NCBI GenBank assembly: GCA_020635355.1
Contig: JACJZW010000004.1
Coordinates: 129,226-193,225 of the forward strand
Source: Flavobacteriales bacterium
GTDB lineage: Bacteria; Bacteroidota; Bacteroidia; NS11-12g; UBA9320
Reading direction: 5' to 3'
Length of the DNA: 64,000 nt
A model generated the notes under the pieces. The model did no database searches. It had not been told where the DNA came from and saw only the letters and a program-made list of their open reading frames with translations. A program made the position numbers and the translations under genes. The stretch's first letter is position 1, and each line of letters starts with the position of its first letter. Shown in pieces: positions 52,836 to 62,366 of the stretch.

Positions 52836-53933
52836 ATGCGCGTTCCAACTCCGCGAATACCCAGTTTACGAATTAAGCGAAAGCCGTACTACCGACAATC
52901 CGCCAAGTCCGGCTTGCCACCCGGCACCTTGGTACACATTGGTGCCGAGCGGGAAGAACCCGTTACCATAACCTATGTGCGTTACAACGAAACGGAGTTT
53001 ACCCGGGAAGAGATAACGCTTGAACAACTGGAGGAGTTAAAAACTGATGGCGGTTCGATACATTGGATAAACGTGGATGGCTTAACCAATCCGGATGTCA
53101 TTGCGCGAACGGGAGAGAAATTCAATCTTCCGCATCTGATGCTGGAAGACATCATGAACACCGAACACATTCCTAAGGTGGAGGTGTTTCGGGATTTTAT
53201 CTTCTTTACTCTAAAGGCCCTGCACTTCAATACGAATTCGTTGGAGTTGGACACGGAGCAGGTGAGTTTTGTTCTCGGTAGAAACTACGTATTGTCCTTT
53301 CAGGAGCGCCCGGAAAATGTGTACGAAGGCATTTTGAGACGGATGGAAGAAGGGAAGTTCAAGAACCGTCCGGCTGATTTTCTGGTGTATCGGTTGTGCG
53401 ATGTGATTGTTGACAGTTACTATCAGGTACTGGAACACCTGGAAGAGAATATTGACGTGAGTGAGGAAGCCATTTTCGAACGTCCGGTTCCTTCGCAATT
53501 ACAGGATATTCAGAGTTTGAAGCGGGTATTGCTGGTACTTCGGAAGAGTATATACCCGTTGCGGGAAGCCATCAACCAGTTGCAAAAGCGCGACAATGAC
53601 TTGATTCACGCCGAGACCGTTCAATACTTTAAGGATTTATACGATCACACCGTTCACATTGTAGAGGCCATTGAAACCGCGCGGGATCTCAATTCGGGGC
53701 TGAAAGACATCTATCTGAGCAGTCTGAGCAATAAGATGAACCGGGTGATGCAGGTGCTTACCATTATCTCAACCGTGTTCATTCCGTTATCCTTTATCAC
53801 CGGCCTTTACGGAATGAATTTCGATCACATGCCCGAACTGCATTGGCAAAACGGATATTTTGGTATTCTGGCCATCATGTTTGCCGTAACCATGGTTCAA
53901 TTGTATTTCTTCCGAAGGAAAGGTTGGTTTTAA
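52836..53933 (+). CDS. corA: magnesium/cobalt transporter CorA
   Basis: GMNF motif (YGMNFDHMP), two C-terminal transmembrane helices and an N-terminal region KSGLPPGTLVHIG resembling CorA. The exact start is uncertain. Confidence 0.85.
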   Translation: MRVPTPRIPSLRIKRKPYYRQSAKSGLPPGTLVHIGAEREEPVTITYVRYNETEFTREEITLEQLEELKTDGGSIHWINVDGLTNPDVIARTGEKFNLPHLMLEDIMNTEHIPKVEVFRDFIFFTLKALHFNTNSLELDTEQVSFVLGRNYVLSFQERPENVYEGILRRMEEGKFKNRPADFLVYRLCDVIVDSYYQVLEHLEENIDVSEEAIFERPVPSQLQDIQSLKRVLLVLRKSIYPLREAINQLQKRDNDLIHAETVQYFKDLYDHTVHIVEAIETARDLNSGLKDIYLSSLSNKMNRVMQVLTIISTVFIPLSFITGLYGMNFDHMPELHWQNGYFGILAIMFAVTMVQLYFFRRKGWF

Positions 53934-54027
53934 GTGTAATGAGATCGTTATCAATGGCCTGTCGGCGCTGATTTTGCTTGCTTATATCGAGGTTATTGGT
54001 CAAATTTGAAATTCTCAAAGAAATAAT

Positions 54028-54558
54028 ATGAAAGGAAAAATTGTTTTGGCAGCTTTAGCCTCCGTGGTGATGTTTGCCTCATGCGATGAATTGGCAGATC
54101 TGGGAATTAAAGTAAACCTTGATCGATCCGCTGATTTCACCATCTACCCATCAACGGTAGCCGATACTACTTATACGGAAACAACCGATACCATGCGATT
54201 TGACGATATTGTTGGCGAGGTTCAGGCTTCGATTCCGGCATTTTCGAAAGAAAATCTACACGGATTTTTGGTTGACTCAGTGGTGTTTACCCTTCAGGAG
54301 CCACAATCTGGTAACTTTAATTGGGCAAAAAGCTCATCGGTAACCATCCGAAGTGCCAACCATCCTGCACCTGTTGTTGTGGGTGAACTTGCCGACTACC
54401 CAATGGATGTTATGAAAGTAACTGTTCCCGGTGGTGGTGTGGATTTCGCTGATCGTCTGAAGGATGATTGGTTCATTTTTGAAGTAGTCACTGCCAGTGA
54501 TGAAGTAATTTTGGTTGAACATAAGATCAACGGAAAATTCTTCATGAAGGTCTGGTAA
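54028..54558 (+). CDS. hypothetical lipoprotein (tandem paralog 1)
   Basis: Signal peptide + lipobox (MFASC). Confidence 0.55.
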   Translation: MKGKIVLAALASVVMFASCDELADLGIKVNLDRSADFTIYPSTVADTTYTETTDTMRFDDIVGEVQASIPAFSKENLHGFLVDSVVFTLQEPQSGNFNWAKSSSVTIRSANHPAPVVVGELADYPMDVMKVTVPGGGVDFADRLKDDWFIFEVVTASDEVILVEHKINGKFFMKVW

Positions 54559-54581
54559 GAATTAATCAATGAATAGATAAA

Positions 54582-54609
54582 AAGCCTCGACTTAGTTGAG
54601 GCTTTTTTT
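54582..54609 (+). terminator. rho-independent terminator between tandem lipoprotein paralogs
   Basis: AAGCCTC-gacttagtt-GAGGCTT followed by TTTTTTT. Confidence 0.6.
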
Positions 54610-54614
54610 ATGAT

Positions 54615-55154
54615 ATGAAACAACTCATTTTTAGCACAATTCTCCTTGCGACGTTGTTTACGTCAGCCTGCAAAAAACTAAACAAGATTGTTCAGTTTAA
54701 TTTGGACTATAAAACCCAGGTCACCATTCCTTCTACGACGGGGATTGACTTGCCGTTCAACGTGCTCACGCCGGATATTGAGACCAATGCCCAGTCCAGC
54801 TTTGAGGCCAATGATACCCGAAAGGACTTAATTAATTCCATTGAATTGTCGAAACTCACCTTAACGGTGAAATCACCCCAGGGTGAGGATTTTTCGTTTT
54901 TGAAATCGGCTAAAGTATTTATTGATGCCGATGGGTTGGACGAAAAGGAAGTGGCGGTTATTGATCCCGTTCCATCCAATGCCGGATCGGTGATTGAGCT
55001 GGTTCCAACAGGGGCTGATTTGGCACCGTATATAAAGGCCGATCAATTCACGTTAAAGGTGCGAACCATTACCGACGAGGCACTAACGCGCGATCATACC
55101 ATTGAGGTGTTTAGTCGGTTTCACGTAGAAGGCCGACTCATAGGTTCCGATTAA
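54615..55154 (+). CDS. hypothetical lipoprotein (tandem paralog 2)
   Basis: Lipobox FTSAC; similar domain layout to the 54028 gene (FTLQEPQSGNFNWAKSSSVTI vs LTVKSPQGEDFSFLKSAKVFI). Confidence 0.55.
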   Translation: MKQLIFSTILLATLFTSACKKLNKIVQFNLDYKTQVTIPSTTGIDLPFNVLTPDIETNAQSSFEANDTRKDLINSIELSKLTLTVKSPQGEDFSFLKSAKVFIDADGLDEKEVAVIDPVPSNAGSVIELVPTGADLAPYIKADQFTLKVRTITDEALTRDHTIEVFSRFHVEGRLIGSD

Positions 55155-55171
55155 CCCATCGGATACGTGCT

Positions 55172-55888
55172 CTACAGATTGAGCGTTGCGTTGTGGAAGA
55201 CGTTTTGAACATCTTCATCTTCCTCCAGCTTCTCGATAAGTTTATTTACCGTTTCGGCTGATTCACCGGAAAGCTCAACAAAGTTGTGAGGGATGCGTTC
55301 CTTATCCACTGATATAATGGTTACGCCCATAGTCTCGAGCATTTTCTGCATGTTGCCAAAATCCGAGAAGGAGGTGTATACCAGGGTCTCATCTTCCTGC
55401 TGCTCAATTTCTTCGAGTCCGCCTTCGATCAGTTCCAGTTCCAGTTCTTCCAGGTCATGGTCAGCGGGATCGATGCGGAAGATGCACTTGCGCTCGAAGA
55501 GGTAATCCAGCGAACCCGACTTGCCCAATTCGGCCTGATTACGGTTGAGGATGGCTCGAATGTTGGCCACTGTTCGATTGGTATTATCCGTAGCCGTTTC
55601 AATCACCACACCCACTCCGGATGGGCCCACAGCCTCGTAAACCACTTCCTCGTAATTACTTGAATCCTTCTCGCTGGCGCGCTTAATTGCGGCTTCCACG
55701 CGGTCTTTGGGCATATTCTCCGACTTGGCATTTTGAATGGCCACGCGGAGGCGGGAATTGTGTTCCGGATCCGGTCCGCCATCTTTAACCGCCATGGCGA
55801 TTTCTTTTCCAATGCGGGTAAAGGTCACGGCCATTTTACCCCATCGTTTCATTTTGCGCTCTTTCCGGAATTCAAATGCTCTTCCCAT
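55172..55888 (-). CDS. YebC/PmpR family protein, second paralog
   Basis: 238 aa, alignable by eye to the 9145..9903 yebC (KDRVEAAIKRAS, TDNTNRTVANIRAI). Confidence 0.8.
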   Translation of the reverse strand: MGRAFEFRKERKMKRWGKMAVTFTRIGKEIAMAVKDGGPDPEHNSRLRVAIQNAKSENMPKDRVEAAIKRASEKDSSNYEEVVYEAVGPSGVGVVIETATDNTNRTVANIRAILNRNQAELGKSGSLDYLFERKCIFRIDPADHDLEELELELIEGGLEEIEQQEDETLVYTSFSDFGNMQKMLETMGVTIISVDKERIPHNFVELSGESAETVNKLIEKLEEDEDVQNVFHNATLNL

Positions 55889-55933
55889 AATGTGTTTTCA
55901 AGTGGTGCAAAATTCGGTGGAAAGTTTGAGAAT

Positions 55934-55972
55934 AGGAATGGGGAATGGGGAATGAGGAATGAGGGATGGGGG
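55934..55972. repeat. heptanucleotide tandem repeat (RGGRATG x5-6), G-tract rich, in yebC-2 promoter region
   Basis: aggaatg gggaatg gggaatg aggaatg agggatg gggg, 46-84 bp upstream of the yebC-2 start codon. Confidence 0.65.
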
Positions 55973-56370
55973 ACGCCTTCGGAGGATTAGAGTTCAGAGT
56001 TTGGAGTTCAGGAATGGGACACCTTCGCTAAGGCTTCGGTGACTGAGAGAAATGACACACCTTCGCTGAAGCTACGGCGTGTGAAAAAAAACCCGGGTCA
56101 TGAAAGAAGTTTGAGTGGTTTAACCCTACTCATTTCTATTGTAGGTTGTAGTAAGCAGCACAACCCGGGTGTTGGCTATGGCACCGCCTCACGGCGGTAT
56201 TCCATTGATCTTCTATGTCTTGAACGTTGAAGCAAATGTGTTTGCACCAATCGTTAAAATTTTTGTCAAAAGTTTGTCGGCTTCAGAAACGGGGCACGAC
56301 AACGCAGATTGAACAGAATTTGAGGGGCAAATCCATCACCTTTCCGGGTGAAGTTGGAACACAATCACGT

Positions 56371-56439
56371 TCACGATTTAAGCGTGCAAAACACGAATTC
56401 TTCAATGAGTTCATGGTATTGGCGTTGAAATTTATTCAT
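56371..56439 (-). pseudogene. 5' remnant of lipoprotein paralog (MNKF... then frameshift/stop after 22 codons)
   Basis: The minus strand reads ATG AAT AAA TTT..., preceded by the same conserved upstream module and hairpin element as the intact paralogs. Confidence 0.4.
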
Positions 56440-56490
56440 TGGTATACAGTCAGATGGTTAAGTTGTTGGTTTAGGATGGTTTGGAATCAT

Positions 56491-56530
56491 CCGTAGACTT
56501 CCTGCCCACGGGGCTAGGCTAAGTCTACGG
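56491..56530. repeat. hairpin repeat element copy 1 (CCGTAGAC-24 nt-GTCTACGG)
   Basis: ccgtagacttcctgcccacggggctaggctaagtctacgg; an 8-bp perfect inverted-repeat stem. Confidence 0.7.
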
Positions 56531-56664
56531 AAGGGTGTCGACTTAAGACTGTTTTATGGAGTTAATTTGGTGCAAGAAACTCGGCGTAGTGTTCCATCCG
56601 CCGAAGAAGGCGAATGGCTAAATCGTTCGTGGATCTTGCTAAAGAGTGGTTAAATCAGCGGATC

Positions 56665-56705
56665 CGTACATATCCTACGCATGGGCTGGAAGCTAAGTCT
56701 CAGGA
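56665..56705. repeat. hairpin repeat element copy 2 (degenerate)
   Basis: ccgtacatatcctacgcatgggctggaagctaagtctcagg. Confidence 0.5.
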
Positions 56706-56736
56706 ACCTGTGGTGCGATTGAAGTCAATGCAGGTT

Positions 56737-56781
56737 TATTCACCCATCAATTCATAATCCTTAGGATTATCCAGGATCGAT
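56737..56781 (-). pseudogene. 3' remnant of lipoprotein paralog (encodes ...SILDNPKDYELMGE*)
   Basis: Near-identical to the 3' ends of the genes ending at 60546 and 62367. Confidence 0.45.
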
Positions 56782-57225
56782 GGTATAGGTTAGTTTTACC
56801 AGACCATATTTCGGTGATAATATTATTAAGCGATTGAGTCTGATTTATTATTGAATATGTATTCAGAGTTACTACGATAGACAGCTGAGACTGTTAAGTA
56901 CCCCTGATATGGTAAATCCTTCTTCATTTGAACACAATCAAATACCGTCCTATCATATAACTGTATCCTTAAACACATTTTTGACTAAAAGAAACCAGAA
57001 CCGTTGGTTAACCATAACCTTTGCTTAACTTTCGAAAAGTGTTGGTCCGTTTTGAACTGAATCAAATCTATGACGTAGGGAGTCCTCTCCTCTTTCATTC
57101 GGAGTTTTTAAAACTTTGTGTACACGTTCTTTACACATTGGTTTTAGACAAGCTTTTACCTCAAATCCAAATTGAATGAACAATCAGTTCTCCCAAAAAA
57201 ATAGGAGGAATTGTCAATATTTCCG

Positions 57226-57417
57226 TTAAACGATGCAGTATCTTGACGAATACAATTCGTCAAAAAGTTCAACTACATCTTGCTCAGTCGGTTGAATCTT
57301 ATGTGACGCAGGTAATACCCAAAATTGTGGAGGCCCGTCATCCACGCCGCAGGAGGAGAAACTGCCAAGACAAAGACTTATGAGGAAGTATAGAATGATA
57401 TGTTGAGTAGAAGACAT
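57226..57417 (-). pseudogene. N-terminal remnant of lipoprotein paralog (63 codons)
   Basis: Translation ...LCLGSFSSCGVDDGPPQFWVLPAS...EQDVVELFDEL matches the SSCGSDENPNNECPPQFFELQPSVEDMIESL region of the intact paralogs. Confidence 0.5.
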
Positions 57418-58290
57418 AGGTAGGTTATGGTTTTTCTAATGCTATAACACAGCGGTTAGAACCAATGCCTGTTCACTTAATCATTTCGTACCCATAATCG
57501 GGATCAAACCAAAAGATCAGAAAAGTCGGCTTTAAGATGGAGTATATCCTCTGCTTCTATAATGATATCTCCGTAAGCTGAAAATTACCCCCCCAAATCG
57601 CGAAAGGTTTGGTTCCTATTGTATGTTGGGGTTATATCCAATGCTAGAATAGTCACCAATTCCAGAAAGACATTGCCTGCAAAATTCACATAGTACAAGT
57701 CTTCGCAAAGAAAACGTAAACTAAAGATTCCTGAGCCCTCATTTAAATTTGTACTTCAAATGGTGAAGAAACCTTCGTATTGTGATAAAGTGCTGTTTTT
57801 CTTTCAATGTGAACTATCTCGTTGATCTCCCTGGAATGGTTGATTTGCTTCGTTCAAGGGTATCTATTTCATTTCTTAACTAAGTAATAGGTTGAGGTGT
57901 CTACAACCATCCCATTTACCTGTCTTTTTTCCAAATACCAGGGAATCTAGGGTATTAAAACATGAAAGTGACAAGTCGGTCAAGTGTATTGGGTTTGAAC
58001 CTTACATAGAAATGTATGATATTTAGTGTGGGATCCTCTTTACAGGGAATGGATTCTAGAAACAAAGATAAAAACAACTGAGTATACAGGTTTTTCATGA
58101 TTTAGGTTGAACCAGAATACTTACGAGTTGTTTTATTGTCCATTGTTTTTTTGGTTGAATTCTCCATTGTTCTGCTGTACCTTTAAAAGTTGGTATGTTT
58201 TACTCAGTATGAAAAATTATAATCAAGGGAGTTAGGGTAGATGTGTTTGGGACGATATGGCACATTTTATAGTGTTGTAGTTTACCTTTT

Positions 58291-58893
58291 GTGCAACTTC
58301 CGTCCTGCACATCAGATGACGGCAAGACGGATTGCGAAAATCTGGAATTTAAATTTCAAGGTACATTGGATGACCTGATTACCGATCTTTTAGTCGGCAT
58401 GCTGTTTGAACGTAGTTTAGATGGCCTGTTGGTTGACACTGTTTCTCTTAAATTGGAATCATTTGAAACCGATTTCATTCATCTTCACCACTGTAATAAT
58501 GCTACCCGTTCGATGGAGTTGAAATGGCTCCAGTACAGGTGGTCAGCGGATTTAGAAGATATATCTCTTGCTTTTATTAAATCGGGATCAACGTCAACAG
58601 ATGCCTTTGCCACCTGGGGGGAACTCGACCTGTATAGTCGAAATTTCTTCCATAAAAGCGGGTATACGATTGTCTTCCAAAAGGATACTTTCTTTGATTG
58701 TAGGAGTTTTGATGATGTGTTGTCTCCGGTCAATAATATTGTGGGTTTAGGGAAGTATTTTGATTCAAATGCCAACGTCCAATTCAAGCCAAACACCTCG
58801 AAGGCCTTTGTATACCTCAAGCGGGAATCCGGACTTGTTTTGCTGAAACGGATAAATCCGGACGGGGTTATAGAATCGTATAAGCGAATTTGA
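58291..58893 (+). pseudogene. lipoprotein-family ORF lacking signal peptide (possible 5'-truncated paralog, GTG start)
   Basis: Begins (V)QLPSCTSDDGKTDCENL, a lipobox with no preceding signal peptide, and resembles LLSCKDDASDTNCEETI of the 59721..60422 gene. There is no ATG; an in-frame stop lies 7 codons upstream. Confidence 0.35.
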
Positions 58894-58966
58894 ACGGTAT
58901 CTCAATTAATTTGCATGAGTTCGAATAATTAGATCCTTGGTTAAATAAGGTTGTTAATTTCGTGTT

Positions 58967-59005
58967 CCGTAGACATCCTACGCACGGGCTGGGCTAAGGC
59001 TACGG
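58967..59005. repeat. hairpin repeat element copy 3
   Basis: ccgtagacatcctacgcacgggctgggctaaggctacgg. Confidence 0.7.
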
Positions 59006-59701
59006 AGAGTTAGAGTGGGATGAGGATAAACGTCTGATTCGAAACATATCCTTATCAAATTTTATATTGAATTGCGTTGAGATGGATGCTCCAACGAGCC
59101 AGGTATTCAATCGGCGTTGCAGAACGTTGTATTGAACAAACATCCCTGCGGATAACCGATTGTTGGGGAAGAAATAATATCTGGGAGAAAGGTTAATGGC
59201 CATCATACTTACGAGCTGACCAGTTCGGTAGTGTACTTGAAGTGGCTCGATGGGGTATTTTATTTCATGCGCGGTTGTCATTGACCTTCTTCCATACGAT
59301 GCCCAGATTGGAATTTTCAGATGTTCCAGAGCATTCAGGGAGTAACCTAAACCAATGAAATGCGTTTTGTAAGCCCACGTCACCGGCCGACTGGTAACTT
59401 TACCATTTGGCCAGTTCTTGTAATAGTTCGTGTTATATAATTCGGAATATTCCTTTTGTCTTATAAGGCAAAAGAACAGCCCATTAGGCAAGTGATACTT
59501 GAATGAGATACCCCGATTGGTCCAGGTTGGGACTGGAGGAACCGAATGCTCAAAAATGGTAGCTAAATCATTGTTGTAGTCTCCGGAGTGAGTTAACAGT
59601 TCGATTTCGAACGAAGTGGTTGATTTTTGTGCCCATAGTATAGTGTTGGAATACATAAATCCAACGAACGCAATTACAAAATGGAGTAGGTAATTGGGCA
59701 T
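59000..59701 (-). CDS. hypothetical secreted protein (Tyr/Asn-rich, possible beta-barrel)
   Basis: Start taken at the signal-peptide-like MPNYLLHFVIAFVGFMYSNTILWAQ; the ORF track extends it to 59773. Confidence 0.45.
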   Translation of the reverse strand: MPNYLLHFVIAFVGFMYSNTILWAQKSTTSFEIELLTHSGDYNNDLATIFEHSVPPVPTWTNRGISFKYHLPNGLFFCLIRQKEYSELYNTNYYKNWPNGKVTSRPVTWAYKTHFIGLGYSLNALEHLKIPIWASYGRRSMTTAHEIKYPIEPLQVHYRTGQLVSMMAINLSPRYYFFPNNRLSAGMFVQYNVLQRRLNTWLVGASISTQFNIKFDKDMFRIRRLSSSHSNSP

Positions 59702-59720
59702 TTTATAGAGGATTGGTTGT

Positions 59721-60422
59721 TCAGTTAATCCGTTCGAGATAAGCTGGTGTTGCATCTTGTTCAACCATCTCAAGATGTATAAGTCCTACCTTGTTGCTAA
59801 AATACCCAGTGATAGTTAAGTTGTTGCCAAGAGGTAAATTATCATATTCCCCCCATTGATTAAGCACAGACATGAAACTCGAGATAGGCCCATTAGACAT
59901 TTTTATACCAAGATAAAATGGATAACACTCCTCGTACACATGGTTGGTTATTACTATGGAAGTGTCTTTTGAAGGCCCAATGTTTCCGGTTTTATAAGTG
60001 TAAAAGTGTGGATATCCGTGGTAGGTTACTATGAACATATGCCAAATATCAGAGGCCATCGCATCAACCTCGAATGAATCAGAACCATCAGTCGAAATGT
60101 ATTTGAAATTTATTCTTTCAACGAACAAAACATCCTTATCCTCGCATTCATGAAGTAACGCTATGGTTCTACTTCTGAATTCAGGAAATGTTTTAGCGCT
60201 AAATACATTTGTAAACTTTATCGTGTCGGTTTTTAAACCGATTATTTTCCTAAATACGAGTGTGTCCTTGAACATCAATGCCGGGATGAGGGTATCTGCA
60301 ATTCGTTCACTAAGCAAAATTGTCTCCTCACAATTTGTGTCGCTTGCATCATCCTTGCAGGATAGGAGGAATGAAGCTAATGCAGCCAAGGAGGCGAGTA
60401 GGATAGGATTTAACTTAAGCAT
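59721..60422 (-). CDS. hypothetical lipoprotein (LLSCKDD lipobox; distant member of the paralog family)
   Basis: Signal peptide + LLSCKDD. The C-terminal ITGYFSNKVGLIHLEM resembles FSGYYKRGVGLLKMTY of the paralogs. Confidence 0.55.
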   Translation of the reverse strand: MLKLNPILLASLAALASFLLSCKDDASDTNCEETILLSERIADTLIPALMFKDTLVFRKIIGLKTDTIKFTNVFSAKTFPEFRSRTIALLHECEDKDVLFVERINFKYISTDGSDSFEVDAMASDIWHMFIVTYHGYPHFYTYKTGNIGPSKDTSIVITNHVYEECYPFYLGIKMSNGPISSFMSVLNQWGEYDNLPLGNNLTITGYFSNKVGLIHLEMVEQDATPAYLERIN

Positions 60423-60478
60423 TCAATTCACAGTCTTCCAAAAATACGTAGATGGTGCAAATGTGCTACAGGCGTGTT

Positions 60479-60521
60479 CCGTTGACATCCTTCGAACGGG
60501 CTGGGCTAATTCTTCGGAACG
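60479..60521. repeat. hairpin repeat element copy 4 (degenerate stem)
   Basis: ccgttgacatccttcgaacgggctgggctaattcttcggaacg; lies 25 bp after the upstream gene stop and 57 bp before the 60422 start. Confidence 0.55.
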
Positions 60522-60545
60522 TGTGGCGGGATTGATCACTGCGGT

Positions 60546-61205
60546 TTATTCACCCATCAACTCATAATCCAACGGATTATCTTCATCCAGGTAGTACGTC
60601 ATTTTGAGTAATCCGACCCCTCTTTTATAATAACCTGAAAAAGGGACATAACCATTCTTAAGATTTAAATCACCAATGGAGTTAAATCCCTCTTTTGATG
60701 AGATAAAGTGTCCCTGAAGTGCTAATATGTTAAAAAGTTTAAAACAATTAGATTCGGTACGATTGTACAACTGTAATTCTGTTAACGAATTGGACCAAAA
60801 AAATGTACTTGCTGTGGTTAGGGCATATGACTTACGTACGACAAAAAGGACTGGTGAGCCTCTATATTGCACCAATTCAACACTAAATGAATCTTCGCCA
60901 TTTTCAGACCGAAAGAATGTACGCAAGCGTTCATAAAAGAGATTTGTCCTCGCACAAGGTGCTTCATCAAATTCAATGGTATCTCTTATTGAACCTGAGT
61001 TGAGGAATAGAACCGTGTCAATTTTGCCGTATTGGGATACCCGATAATAAATTGAATCTCTTGTTTGTAAACTTTCAATTATATCCTGAACGGAAAGATG
61101 AAAACCAAAGAACAGAGGTTGACATTCATTACTGGGAGTTTCATCCGGTCCGCAACTTGGAAGGATCAACGCGAGTCCACAAAGGAGCCATAGAAATTTG
61201 TTCAT
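60546..61205 (-). CDS. hypothetical lipoprotein, paralog A
   Basis: Start placed at MNKFLWLLCGLALILPSCGPDE (signal + lipobox); the ORF track extends 60 codons upstream to 61385. About three-quarters identical by eye to the 62367..63023 product. Confidence 0.6.
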   Translation of the reverse strand: MNKFLWLLCGLALILPSCGPDETPSNECQPLFFGFHLSVQDIIESLQTRDSIYYRVSQYGKIDTVLFLNSGSIRDTIEFDEAPCARTNLFYERLRTFFRSENGEDSFSVELVQYRGSPVLFVVRKSYALTTASTFFWSNSLTELQLYNRTESNCFKLFNILALQGHFISSKEGFNSIGDLNLKNGYVPFSGYYKRGVGLLKMTYYLDEDNPLDYELMGE

Positions 61206-61265
61206 TGGATAGATTGTTAAACAAGTATAGTGTTTACGGTTGGTTAATTGTAGGATTCGGTAATC

Positions 61266-61296
61266 ATCCTCCACACGGGTCGGGCTAAGGCTAAGG
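61266..61296. repeat. hairpin repeat element copy 5 (5'-truncated)
   Basis: atcctccacacgggtcgggctaaggctaagg. Confidence 0.5.
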
Positions 61297-61351
61297 AAAG
61301 TGGGGGAGCAGGAAATAGTAATGCCAGTCATCAGTTGTTCGTATTTTTGGA

Positions 61352-62332
61352 ATGAAAGCGAATCGTCTAATGAGGTTACAGGCATACTACATTCTGATGA
61401 TCACATCAGTGATTTGTTTTCAGCTCCTTTCATGTAAGGATGATTCTAACCTAAATAGCTCCACGTGCACTCCCTTTGACGAACTATATCCTAAATCGGG
61501 TAATTCAGGTAGTACAACCTTTACCTATAGGTACCCGCTCCACTCCAAACCAATGTTTTCCGAATCTCCCTCAGCGAAGTTTTATCTTCTGTTGAATGAT
61601 ACGGTCCAAAGGTATCGTTTGATAGCTATGCGGGACGGAGAATCTGAACGGAGAGAGACTGATCTGACGTTGCCTTATGATGTTCAGATCACAATGAATT
61701 CACGAGAAGAATTTGCCTACATCTTAGTTGGAAGTCTATTTGTTGTGGATACCCTTGGGAGCCCGCTTCATTCGTTCAATGACGAGGGGTATTATAGGTC
61801 TCCATGTTGGTTTGATGATTCAACGATTATTTGTGAATACTCCGAAACCGGTGGCGTACCATACCACACAATAAGGATTCATTTGAATTCAGGGAGAAAG
61901 GACACATTAAATTTTCCTTTCATGAAGGGGAGAATGTCGGTTGATAAACTTCACATTGCCATTGATGTTGATCGCATGGGAGAAGTACTTGCCATTTATG
62001 ACAAAGAGGGTATGCAACGTAAGTTGTTAAAATTTGCAACAGATGACGGACGAAATAACCTGATTGCTTTTGAGTGGTTAAGTTCAAATGAAATCATCTA
62101 CATTCTGGAGTCGGATGGTGTCTTTATGTACGATATAAACACCGACAGACATACCAAATTGCTTTCTCACTGCAGATATGAACGGTATGATGAACTAAGT
62201 GTTGATCCTGAACAAAAACAACTATTATTGATCAAGCGTACAACCAGCTATCTCAGCGAATTTCATCACATCATATCTACAGAGATTTATCATTATAATC
62301 TGCTGTCCAAAGAGTTAAGGAAGGTATTCTAA
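61352..62332 (+). CDS. hypothetical lipoprotein, possible beta-propeller fold (LLSCKDD lipobox)
   Basis: Signal peptide + LLSCKDDSN. A perfect TAnnTTTG-type motif (TATTTTTG) lies 11 bp upstream, so the internal Met at 61370 is an alternative start. Confidence 0.55.
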   Translation: MKANRLMRLQAYYILMITSVICFQLLSCKDDSNLNSSTCTPFDELYPKSGNSGSTTFTYRYPLHSKPMFSESPSAKFYLLLNDTVQRYRLIAMRDGESERRETDLTLPYDVQITMNSREEFAYILVGSLFVVDTLGSPLHSFNDEGYYRSPCWFDDSTIICEYSETGGVPYHTIRIHLNSGRKDTLNFPFMKGRMSVDKLHIAIDVDRMGEVLAIYDKEGMQRKLLKFATDDGRNNLIAFEWLSSNEIIYILESDGVFMYDINTDRHTKLLSHCRYERYDELSVDPEQKQLLLIKRTTSYLSEFHHIISTEIYHYNLLSKELRKVF

Positions 62333-62366
62333 TCATGCGACTATATCCGGAGAATGATCAAGGTTT

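Noticed and set aside
56227-56496. 89-aa + strand ORF overlapping the MNKF remnant and the hairpin element
   Set aside because: It lies antisense to recognisable gene remnants in decayed DNA, with no signal or homology. It is most likely spurious.
61206-61385. 60-codon N-terminal extensions of the lipoprotein paralogs (61206..61385 and 63024..63122)
   Set aside because: The conserved signal peptide MNK[FI]xWLLCGLALI...SC begins at the internal Met. The extensions cover the conserved promoter module and hairpin element. They are not conserved as protein between the copies.
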